Shown here piece after piece: positions 56,215-64,000 of a stretch of DNA of 64,000 nt (position 1 is the stretch's first letter; the number at the start of each line of letters is the position of its first letter). Under the pieces are notes generated by a model that was given only the letters and a program-made list of their open reading frames with translations, did not search any database and had not been told where the DNA came from. This stretch comes from Polaromonas sp. (lineage in GTDB: Bacteria > Pseudomonadota > Gammaproteobacteria > Burkholderiales > Burkholderiaceae_C): NCBI GenBank assembly GCA_031424935.1, contig JANPIK010000015.1, positions 46,254 to 110,253 on the forward strand. The letters run 5' to 3'. The position numbers and the translations under genes are program-made.

Positions 56215-57219
56215 ATGCGCTTGATTTCTTTCATCACTCACTTTACAAAAGCTTTGGCTAGTGTAGCTTTGGCCTCCGGCTGTGCAGTGCACGCAGCAAC
56301 TTGGCAGCCCACTAAAAATGTCGAATTTGTCGTACCTGCAGGCACGGGTGGTGGCGCGGACCAGATGGCGCGCCTGATTCAGGGCATCATCACCAAAAAT
56401 AATTTGATGAAGACATCTATGGTGGTCGTCAATAAGGGTGGCGGTGCGGGAGCCGAGGGTTTTTTGGAGCTAAAAAACGCCAAAGGTGATCCACACAAAA
56501 TTATCATCACCTTGTCGAACATGTTTACTACGCCGCTTGCAACGGGCGTTCCTTTTAGCTGGAAAGACATGACACCCGTGTCGATGTTGGCGTTAGATGA
56601 ATTTGTATTGTGGGTGAATGCCGAGACGCCTTATAAAACGACGCAAGAGTATCTGGCGGCTGTCAAAGCAGCAGGCGGCAAGCTGAAAATGGGCGGCACT
56701 GGCTCCAAGCAAGAGGATCAGATCATCACCGCCTTGATTGAAAAATCGCAGGGTACCAAATTCATTTATGTGCCTTACAAAGGTGGCGGAGAGGTCGCGG
56801 TTCAGCTGGTAGGCAAGCACATTGATTCGACAGTCAACAACCCGATTGAAGCCGTTGCCCAGTGGCGGGGTGGCAAGCTTCGTCCACTGTGTGTGTTTGA
56901 CGCCAAGCGTCTGGCATACAAGGACAAAATTGCCGACAAAGCATGGTCTGACATCCCCACTTGCAAAGAAGGTGGCCTGGATGTGGAATACCTGATGCTG
57001 CGCGGCATCTTTATGGCGCCTGGTGTCACACCTGAACAAACAGCTTACTACGTTGATTTGATGAAAAAAGTACGGGCCACAGCCGAGTGGAAAAAGTTCA
57101 TGGATGAAGGTGCTTTTAACCAAACCTTTATGGAGGGTGCAGAGTTCGCGCGCTGGGTGGCTAATGAAGAGATTCGCCACCGCCTGCTGATGCAAGAAGC
57201 TGGCTTTGTCGCCAAATAA
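56215..57219 (+). CDS. tctC: tripartite tricarboxylate transporter substrate-binding protein
   Basis: Signal peptide, then VEFVVPAGTGGGADQMARL and YKGGGE. GGAG Shine-Dalgarno lies 8 nt upstream of the ATG at 56215. First gene of the tctCBA order. Confidence 0.88.
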   Translation: MRLISFITHFTKALASVALASGCAVHAATWQPTKNVEFVVPAGTGGGADQMARLIQGIITKNNLMKTSMVVVNKGGGAGAEGFLELKNAKGDPHKIIITLSNMFTTPLATGVPFSWKDMTPVSMLALDEFVLWVNAETPYKTTQEYLAAVKAAGGKLKMGGTGSKQEDQIITALIEKSQGTKFIYVPYKGGGEVAVQLVGKHIDSTVNNPIEAVAQWRGGKLRPLCVFDAKRLAYKDKIADKAWSDIPTCKEGGLDVEYLMLRGIFMAPGVTPEQTAYYVDLMKKVRATAEWKKFMDEGAFNQTFMEGAEFARWVANEEIRHRLLMQEAGFVAK

Positions 57220-57230
57220 CGGGTTACGCC

Positions 57231-57728
57231 ATGCAAGACGAAGCACCCGAGGCGAGCGCGGCCTCCAAACGTACTTTAGAGATCATTACCGCAATTTTCT
57301 TTTTGATTGTCGGCACCATCGTGATGTGGGACAGCTCACGTATGGGTGCGGGCTGGGGTACTGATGGGCCCCAAAGTGGCTACTTCCCGTTTTATATTGG
57401 TTTGTTGATGAACATTGCCAGCGCAGCTAATCTTGTCCTGGCCCTAAAAGCTAACAAGAGCGAATCTTTCGTGTCTCGTTCACAAATCAAGCTGGTCTTC
57501 GCCATCTTTTTTCCGTGCCTGATTTACGTTGCGGTTATGCAGTGGCTGGGTTTGTACGCAGCGTCCCTCATTTTTATCGCCGTGTTCATGCGCTGGCAAG
57601 GTAAATTCAGTCTGATTAAATCTGCAGTGACTTCGCTTATCGTTGTTGCAGTGTTGTTCGTGATGTTTGAAATATGGTTCAAGGTGCCTTTGATCAAAGG
57701 CCCAATAGAAGCTGCGTTGGGGTATTGA
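57231..57728 (+). CDS. tctB: tripartite tricarboxylate transporter TctB small membrane subunit
   Basis: 165 aa and 4 TM helices, with GPQSGYFPFYIGLLM. Confidence 0.82.
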   Translation: MQDEAPEASAASKRTLEIITAIFFLIVGTIVMWDSSRMGAGWGTDGPQSGYFPFYIGLLMNIASAANLVLALKANKSESFVSRSQIKLVFAIFFPCLIYVAVMQWLGLYAASLIFIAVFMRWQGKFSLIKSAVTSLIVVAVLFVMFEIWFKVPLIKGPIEAALGY

Positions 57729-57729
57729 C

Positions 57730-59229
57730 ATGGATGAAATGCAGGCTTTGTTTCAGGGCTTTTCAGTAGCTTTAACACCCGTCAACATTGGGTTGATGTT
57801 TTTGGGGATTGTTTTAGGTATTCTGATTGGCGTTCTGCCCGGTTTGGGCGGCGCCAATGGCGTCGCGATTTTGTTGCCACTGACGTTCAGCATGACGCCG
57901 GTATCAGGCATTATCTTGTTGTCTTGTATTTATTGGGGTGCGTTATTTGGCGGGGCAATCACGTCGATTTTGTTCAACATCCCAGGTGAGCCGTGGTCTG
58001 TTGCGACCACTTTTGACGGCTACCCGATGGCGCAGCAAGGCCACGCAGGTCAAGCACTGACGGCGGCATTCACCTCATCGGTTGTGGGGGCCTTTGTCGC
58101 AGTGTTGATGATTACTTTTACGGCGCCACTGGTCGCAAAGTTTGCGCTTAAGTTTGGGCCGCCCGAGTTTTTTGCGGTGCAGTTGCTCACATTTTGTAGT
58201 TTCGTTGGCATGAGCAAAGGTGCGCCGTGGAAAACACTGGCCGCCATGTTTTTAGGTTTTGCGCTCGCGGCAATTGGCATGGACAACGTCACCGGTCAGT
58301 TGCGCCTGACATTTGGTTTTGAACCCATGATGAAAGGCTTCGATTTTTTGATTGCAGTTATCGGTTTGTTTGGCATCGGCGAGATTTTGCTGACCATGGA
58401 AGAAGGGCTTGCATTCAAAGGAAAAGACGGAAAAATCAATGCCAAAGTGGTTCTGGAAACCTGGAAAAAGCTGCCTCGATACTGGCTCAGTTATGTTCGC
58501 AGTGCCGCCGTAGGTTGCTGGATGGGCATCACCCCTGGCGGCGCTACTCCTGCGTCGTTCATGGGGTACGGCATTGCCAAGCGGTTTTCTAAAACTCCGG
58601 GTAACTTTGGCAAGGGTGACATCGAAGGCGTGATTGCACCAGAGACCGCTGCTCACGCGGCAGGCACGGCAGCTTTGCTGCCCATGTTGACCCTGGGCAT
58701 ACCCGGCTCGCCCACCGCTGCAGTCCTTTTGGGCGGCTTACTGGTGTGGGGCTTGCAGCCTGGTCCTTTGCTTTTTGTCGAGCAAAAAGACTTTGTTTGG
58801 GGGCTGATTGCCAGCATGTATTTGGGCAATATTGCGGGCCTGATCGTGGTATTGCTGACTGTGCCTTGGTTTGCCGCCATTTTGCGCATTCCATTTTCGA
58901 TCATTGCACCGGTCATCCTGGTCATTTGTGCGGTGGGGGCGTACACCGTTCACAGCTCCATGTTTGATGTCTGGCTGATGATGGGTTTTGGCGTGATGGG
59001 TTACGTGTTTAAAAAGCTGGACTACCCGCTGGCGCCTTTGGTACTTGCATTGGTGTTGGGGGACATGGCCGAAAACGCCTTCAGACAGTCGCTGCTGGGC
59101 TCCAGTGGCAGTATGTTGGTGTTTGTGTCCAATCCTCTGGTAGCTAGCATTACCGCTTTGGCGCTGTTGATGTTGTTCTGGCCATTGATTGGCGCGCTGG
59201 TCAAGCGATTGAAATCCGCTCAAACATGA
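57730..59229 (+). CDS. tctA: tripartite tricarboxylate transporter TctA large permease
   Basis: 499 aa, with GVLPGLGGANGVAILLPLTF and GIPGSPTAAVLLGGL. Confidence 0.92.
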   Translation: MDEMQALFQGFSVALTPVNIGLMFLGIVLGILIGVLPGLGGANGVAILLPLTFSMTPVSGIILLSCIYWGALFGGAITSILFNIPGEPWSVATTFDGYPMAQQGHAGQALTAAFTSSVVGAFVAVLMITFTAPLVAKFALKFGPPEFFAVQLLTFCSFVGMSKGAPWKTLAAMFLGFALAAIGMDNVTGQLRLTFGFEPMMKGFDFLIAVIGLFGIGEILLTMEEGLAFKGKDGKINAKVVLETWKKLPRYWLSYVRSAAVGCWMGITPGGATPASFMGYGIAKRFSKTPGNFGKGDIEGVIAPETAAHAAGTAALLPMLTLGIPGSPTAAVLLGGLLVWGLQPGPLLFVEQKDFVWGLIASMYLGNIAGLIVVLLTVPWFAAILRIPFSIIAPVILVICAVGAYTVHSSMFDVWLMMGFGVMGYVFKKLDYPLAPLVLALVLGDMAENAFRQSLLGSSGSMLVFVSNPLVASITALALLMLFWPLIGALVKRLKSAQT

Positions 59230-60026
59230 CACCCGCCCTTTGGATACGCTACGAAGTCAATGGGCGAGCCGAATTTGGCCAGCTGCAAGGCGACCATATC
59301 GCTGTATTTCAGGGCGACTTGTTTGGTGCGTCTGAGCGTACCGGACAGACCTTGAACCTCGCTGATGTCAAGACAATATTGCCTTGCCTGCCCAGCAAAT
59401 TGATTGGGCTATGGAACAACTACCACGCCCAGGCTGTCAAGCAAGGGTTAGGCGTGCCCGCCGAGCCGCTTTGGTTTATCAAAGCGGCGAGCAGTTATTG
59501 TGCAGATGGGCAGGCTTTTACGGCGCCCGCCAGCTACGATGGCCGCGTGGTGTACGAGGGTGAATTGGGCGTGGTGATTGGCAAAACGTGTAAAAACATC
59601 AGCGTAGACGAAGCGGCAGGTGCCATTTTTGGCTTGACCTGCGTTAACGACGTGACCGCGTTAGATCTTTTAAGTCGGGATGCATCGTTTGCGCAATGGA
59701 CGCGTGCCAAGAGTTTTGACACCTTTGGCATTTTTGGGCCTGTCATCGCCACCGGGTTAGACTGGAAAACGCTGAACGTCAAAACGGTGGTTAACGGACG
59801 TGAGCGACAAAACTACCCTTGCAGCGACATGATTTTTTCGCCTGCAGAGATTGTGTCGATCTTGTCTCGTGAAATGACGCTCTGCGCCGGTGATTTGATT
59901 GCATGCGGTACGTCGCTTGGCGTGCTGCCGATCAAGCCCGGTACCGTGGTAGAAGTGGTGATTGATGGCATAGGCGTGTTAAAAAATACCTTTGAATCAG
60001 TCACAGCTGAACCTCGCGCGATGTGA
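59226..60026 (+). CDS. fumarylacetoacetate hydrolase (FAH) family protein
   Basis: YEGELGVVIGK, NDVTA and GDLIACGTSLGV are typical of FAH/HpcE-like hydrolases/decarboxylases. ATGA overlap with tctA. Confidence 0.85.
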   Translation: MTPALWIRYEVNGRAEFGQLQGDHIAVFQGDLFGASERTGQTLNLADVKTILPCLPSKLIGLWNNYHAQAVKQGLGVPAEPLWFIKAASSYCADGQAFTAPASYDGRVVYEGELGVVIGKTCKNISVDEAAGAIFGLTCVNDVTALDLLSRDASFAQWTRAKSFDTFGIFGPVIATGLDWKTLNVKTVVNGRERQNYPCSDMIFSPAEIVSILSREMTLCAGDLIACGTSLGVLPIKPGTVVEVVIDGIGVLKNTFESVTAEPRAM

Positions 60027-60078
60027 CGAAAAGCTGAGCGAAATACCTTTCAAATTTTAAACACGACAGACGATTGAA

Positions 60079-61080
60079 ATGAAAATTTGCATTGTTGGGG
60101 CAGGGGCCATTGGCGGCATGCTGGGCGTTAAGCTCGCACTCAGCGGTCACGACGTGACCCTGGTTTTGCGGGGGGCCAATCTTGACGCAGTCAAGCAAAA
60201 CGGATTGACGCTGATTGAAGAAAACGGTAACGAACTCTTGGCCAAGCCCATTCGAGCAACCTCCAGTATCCGTGACGCTGGGCTGCAGGATTTGGTGATT
60301 TTGGGTCTGAAGGCGCACCAGGTGGCTGATGTGGCGGCCGACTTGCCGCAATTGATGCACAGTGCGACCCGCACAGTAACCATGCAAAACGGCATTCCGT
60401 GGTGGTATTTTTACAAGCTACCGGGAAATTACACCGGCATGCCGGTAACGGCGGTTGACCCCGATGGCGTGATTGCGCGCCATATTCCAATTGACAGCGT
60501 CATCGGTAGCGTGGTGTACCCGGCGAGCGAGGTGATTCGCCCGGGTGTGATCAAAGTGATTGAAGGCAATCGCTTCACGTTAGGTGAAATTGACGGGGCT
60601 GATACGCCCAGCATTCGTTTGATCAGCGACGCCTTCAAAGCCGCAGGCTTCAAGGCACCGGTATCCAGCGACATTCGCTCTGAAATATGGCTCAAGGTGT
60701 GGGGTAATTTGAGTTTTAACCCCATCAGTGCGCTGACGCACGCCACGCTGGAAGACATTTGCCGGTTTCAGCCAACCCGCGACCTGGCTGCAAGCATGAT
60801 GACCGAAGCGCAAGCGATTGGCGAAAAGCTGGGTGTGCAGTTCAAGGTCAGCCTTGAAAAACGCATCGCGGGTGCTCAGGCCGTTGGGCAACACAAAACG
60901 TCGATGCTGCAAGACGTAGAGCAGGGTCGTGCCCTCGAATTGCAGGCGCTTGTGGCCTCCGTGATGGAATTAGGACAAATTACCCAAACCCCCACGCCAA
61001 CCATTCACGCTGTGTATGCCTTGGCCAGCTTGCTGGCAAAGAATCTTCAACAGCACAAAGCAACGCTCAAAATTTCCTGA
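60079..61080 (+). CDS. ketopantoate reductase (PanE/ApbA) family oxidoreductase
   Basis: MKICIVGAGAIGGMLG Rossmann N-terminus and TSMLQDVEQGRALE C-terminal family motif. Confidence 0.82.
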   Translation: MKICIVGAGAIGGMLGVKLALSGHDVTLVLRGANLDAVKQNGLTLIEENGNELLAKPIRATSSIRDAGLQDLVILGLKAHQVADVAADLPQLMHSATRTVTMQNGIPWWYFYKLPGNYTGMPVTAVDPDGVIARHIPIDSVIGSVVYPASEVIRPGVIKVIEGNRFTLGEIDGADTPSIRLISDAFKAAGFKAPVSSDIRSEIWLKVWGNLSFNPISALTHATLEDICRFQPTRDLAASMMTEAQAIGEKLGVQFKVSLEKRIAGAQAVGQHKTSMLQDVEQGRALELQALVASVMELGQITQTPTPTIHAVYALASLLAKNLQQHKATLKIS

Positions 61081-61103
61081 TTTCGTTTTTTAATCACTTG
61101 CCC

Positions 61104-62627
61104 ATGACACACTTCACTACCCTTCACAACATGGTGGCGCAACAAGCGCCCGACGCAACCGCCATGATGGCACCTGGCGGCACGCCGCTGTCTTACGGGG
61201 CCATGAACGCATTGATTGCCAACACCACAACCGCCTTGAATGCAATGGGTATTGGCAGAGGTGATCGGGTAGGCATTGTTTTGCCTAACTGCCCCGAAAT
61301 GGCAACCGCCTTTGTCGCGGTAGCCAGCGCTTGCACCGCAGCGCCTCTTAATATGGCTTACCGTGCCGACGAATTTGAGTTTTACCTTTCCGATTTGAAG
61401 GCCAAGGCGCTGATCGTTGCAGCCGGTAGCGAAACCCCAGCCGTCGCCGTTGCCGCCAAGTTAGGGATGGCGGTCATTGAACTTAAAGCTTTGCCAGACC
61501 AAGGCGCGGGAAATTTCGAGCTGGTTTCGCCTCAAACAGGGCAGGCTACGTTACCTGGTCCTGCGCAGGCCGATGATGTGGCGTTGATTTTGCACACGTC
61601 TGGCACGACCTCGCGGCCTAAGATTGTGCCCTTGTCACACCGAAATGTATGCGCGTCAGCCCGCAACATCAGCAACACCTTGCAACTTACCAGCGCCGAC
61701 CGTGAACTGCATGTCATGCCGCTATTTCACATTCACGGTTTGATTGCCGGCGTGCTGGCACCGATGGCAGTGGGCAGCATGATTTTCTGCACGCCAGGTT
61801 TTAATGCGCTCAAGTTTTTCGGCTGGATGAAAGAATGCAAGCCCACTTGGTATACCGCTGTGCCCACCATGCACCAAACCATATTGGCACGTGCAGCCAA
61901 TAACATGGATGTGATTGAAGCCAATCCCTTGCGATTTATTCGCTCATCATCGTCCTCAATGCCGCCGCAGGTAATTGCCGAGCTAGAGCGGGTTTTTAAG
62001 ACCCCCTTGATCGAGTCTTATGGCATGACCGAAGCTGCGCATCAGATGGCCAGCAGCCCGTTGCCACCGGGTAAACGCATCCCTGGCTCGGTGGGTATTG
62101 CCGCTGGCCCGCAAGTTGCCATCATGAGTGCTGCAGGTGATTTATTGGCAACCGGTGAAATTGGCGAGATTGTCATTCGTGGCGAAAACGTGACTCTGGG
62201 TTATGAAAACAACGACAAAGCCAATGCAGAAGGTTTTAGCCACGGTTGGTTTCGCACTGGAGACCAAGGTGTCATGACTGCCGATGGCTACATCACCCTG
62301 ACCGGCCGATTAAAGGAAATCATTAACCGGGGCGGTGAAAAAATATCGCCGCGCGAGGTGGATGAGGTTTTGATGGATCACCCGGCTGTAGCGCAGGTGG
62401 TGACGTTTGGCATGCCGCACGAAAAGCTCGGCGAAGAGGTTGCGGCGGCCGTCGTGTTACGTGAAGGAAAAACCGCGACTGACCAAGAAATACGTGCATT
62501 TGCTGCTACTAAATTAGCAGATTTCAAAGTACCCCGCAAAATTTTGATCATGGATGAAATACCAAAAGGGGCCACGGGTAAATTGCAACGCATTGGCTTA
62601 GCTCAAAAACTTGGGCTGACCGCCTAA
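61104..62627 (+). CDS. AMP-dependent acyl-CoA synthetase/ligase (AAE3/Pcs60-like; substrate unknown)
   Basis: AMP-binding signature ILHTSGTTSRPKIV, then YGMTEA, GWFRTGD and the catalytic lysine context PKGATGKLQR. Confidence 0.85.
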   Translation: MTHFTTLHNMVAQQAPDATAMMAPGGTPLSYGAMNALIANTTTALNAMGIGRGDRVGIVLPNCPEMATAFVAVASACTAAPLNMAYRADEFEFYLSDLKAKALIVAAGSETPAVAVAAKLGMAVIELKALPDQGAGNFELVSPQTGQATLPGPAQADDVALILHTSGTTSRPKIVPLSHRNVCASARNISNTLQLTSADRELHVMPLFHIHGLIAGVLAPMAVGSMIFCTPGFNALKFFGWMKECKPTWYTAVPTMHQTILARAANNMDVIEANPLRFIRSSSSSMPPQVIAELERVFKTPLIESYGMTEAAHQMASSPLPPGKRIPGSVGIAAGPQVAIMSAAGDLLATGEIGEIVIRGENVTLGYENNDKANAEGFSHGWFRTGDQGVMTADGYITLTGRLKEIINRGGEKISPREVDEVLMDHPAVAQVVTFGMPHEKLGEEVAAAVVLREGKTATDQEIRAFAATKLADFKVPRKILIMDEIPKGATGKLQRIGLAQKLGLTA

Positions 62628-62675
62628 ATCGACTCACTTTTGAACTTCCTACGCTTCATATTTTCGCGCTGCGCT

Positions 62676-63815
62676 CTAATTGCGAAGTCGACCATCTCGC
62701 GAAACCATCGCCAAGTCTACAAATTTGCTGCCATGGTTCTTGGCCGCACCATAAGAGACGGTAAATCCGCCCGTATCGTAAGTGCCAAGGTTGCGCATAG
62801 AAGTGATCAGGCTTTCCGCGTTACCCGGTTTTTTAGCGCGTCGTATAGCTTCTGTCAGCACCTTAGCGCCAATACAAGCCTCAAGATGTGTGCTGTTCAT
62901 GGCGGCGGTGATGCCTGAGTCCTGTAGCGCCTTCGCACACTCCCGAACGACTGGGAGGGGAGACGTTGCATTAGGTACCACTTGGGCGATAGACACGCCT
63001 GCGCCAGCCTCGCCAGCTGCAGTGATGTATTGCTGAGCGCCGACAAAAGACAAGCTCGACATGGGAATGGTCAGTCCACGGGCGATAAGCTGGCGGCTAA
63101 CTTCTGCTGCCGGCCCTGACAACACGGTATTGATCAAAACATCAGGTTTTAGTTTGATCAATTCGCTGATTTGGTTCGCGTCTACTTTCGTATTACGCTG
63201 AAGTGACAAGGATTTAGGCTGCTTGCCTTGTTTTGCAAGGTATTCGGTCACGGCCTCCAGATTCTGTTTGCCTACCTCGTCGTCATAGTGGATGACCACC
63301 ACTTGCTTTAAACCGACGCCCGTCCAAAACGCCAGCATTTTTTCAATTTCTTCTGAGTAAGAGGCGCGCAGCGTGAACACCACTGGGCTGGCTTTGCGAA
63401 CAGGATTGGCACCAGAAAAAGGCGCAAAAAACAAAATGTCTGCTTTTTCTGCTAACGGCATGGCATCCAGGCTAAGGGTGGCCGATGCAAATCCAAACAA
63501 GGCAGCTACTTTGTTGTCTTGCAAAAGTTTCTGGGCATTTGCAGCGGCAAGTTTGCGGTCGTTTTTATCGTCCAGCGACATCAGTTCTATTTGCCGTCCG
63601 TCTATACCACCTTTGGCGTTGACTGACTTGAAATAAGCCAGCGCACCATCACGAATATCGGTACCAAAGGCAGCGTTACTTCCGGACAGGGGGGCCGACT
63701 GCCCGATGAGCCAAGGCGTTTGTGCTTGGCCGAAGGACGGAAACAAGCCGACCGTACCCAAAGCCAGTGACAGAACCAGATGTTTTTGCAGCATATATGT
63801 GTGATTCCCAAGCAA
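62676..63815 (-). CDS. ABC transporter substrate-binding protein, type I PBP (LivJ/branched-chain amino acid-like)
   Basis: Signal peptide LSLALGTVGLFPSFGQA, then IGQSAPLSGSNAAFG, typical of Leu/Ile/Val-binding family proteins. No adjacent permease genes within the window. Confidence 0.78.
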   Translation of the reverse strand: MLGNHTYMLQKHLVLSLALGTVGLFPSFGQAQTPWLIGQSAPLSGSNAAFGTDIRDGALAYFKSVNAKGGIDGRQIELMSLDDKNDRKLAAANAQKLLQDNKVAALFGFASATLSLDAMPLAEKADILFFAPFSGANPVRKASPVVFTLRASYSEEIEKMLAFWTGVGLKQVVVIHYDDEVGKQNLEAVTEYLAKQGKQPKSLSLQRNTKVDANQISELIKLKPDVLINTVLSGPAAEVSRQLIARGLTIPMSSLSFVGAQQYITAAGEAGAGVSIAQVVPNATSPLPVVRECAKALQDSGITAAMNSTHLEACIGAKVLTEAIRRAKKPGNAESLITSMRNLGTYDTGGFTVSYGAAKNHGSKFVDLAMVSRDGRLRN

Positions 63816-64000
63816 AGTTGTTCAGGAATTATGAAATGCGACAACGGGGAGCTGGTAGGTAATTTGAGAAGCAGCGCCGACAATTTTGTAAGCGGGCGTA
63901 ATTTGAAAGGTGTCTACAGTAACGCTGGGCCGTCATCCTGAACCGGGGTTCAGGTGGGCTAGGGCAGCCAGGCTTTGGGCTCATCTAACGCGAGACGGGC

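Noticed and set aside
63937-64000. The hairpin cctgaac-cggg-gttcagg (63937-63954), and a 13-codon minus-strand frame ending in TAG at 63959-63961 that could be the 3' end of a gene beyond the window.
   Set aside because: There is too little sequence to support a CDS. The hairpin lacks a T-run on either strand, so it is not called as a terminator.
1-64000. A search for rRNA, tRNA, CRISPR arrays, integrases, transposases, phage genes or recognisable multi-gene defence systems (restriction-modification, CBASS, retrons and similar).
   Set aside because: None were recognised by eye. The only candidate modification enzyme (12502-13125) is a small stand-alone class I methyltransferase with no nuclease or specificity partner. 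The window therefore appears to be ordinary chromosome with small TA-type accessory inserts.

Overview
This window looks like a chromosomal segment of a moderately high-GC betaproteobacterium. My inference is Burkholderiales/Comamonadaceae-like, based on three Bug/TctC-type tripartite tricarboxylate receptors, a TctCBA operon, glnA-ntrBC organisation and fabI next to yejABEF. Coding density is high, with about 65 protein genes. I saw no rRNA, tRNA, CRISPR array, transposase or integrase. Most of the content is core metabolism, transport and regulation:
- an envelope-stress-like module (Spy/CpxP-like protein, OmpR-type regulator, HAMP histidine kinase)
- fabI and the yejABEF peptide ABC importer
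- glnA with an NtrC enhancer site and a sigma-54 promoter, followed by a DUF4124 gene and ntrB/ntrC
- a TRAP transporter operon coupled to gluconokinase, with a LacI-type repressor and two palindromic operators
- thyA-folA, xth, metY, aroC-aroQ-arfB and rraA
- a TctCBA operon followed by FAH-family, ketopantoate-reductase-like and acyl-CoA ligase genes

The accessory or unusual content is:
- a reverse-order TumE/TumA-like toxin-antitoxin pair
- an intact phd/doc pair, plus a decayed doc 3' remnant that, with a REP-like repeat, brackets a methyltransferase gene
- an orphan VapB-like antitoxin remnant
- a signal-peptide-bearing (periplasmic, Lig E-type) ATP-dependent DNA ligase next to a DUF2817 M14 peptidase
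- a dispersed family of about 50-60 bp REP-like intergenic repeats (at least 7 copies)
- an about 204 nt in-frame GC-rich insertion inside a CinA-N/MoCF-type gene
- a thiamine-diphosphate enzyme gene split by a +1 frameshift in a G9 homopolymer
- an SbtA/SbtB-like bicarbonate transporter and PII-like pair
- a histone-H1-like/SWIB fusion protein
- a translationally coupled metY, alpha/beta hydrolase and cytochrome P450 operon
- an unannotated 31-codon membrane-peptide ORF inside the envelope-stress operon

I did not find a clear multi-gene defence island or any obviously novel large system. The findings are individually modest and are ranked accordingly. All product calls come from reading motifs in the translations by eye; no database search was run.
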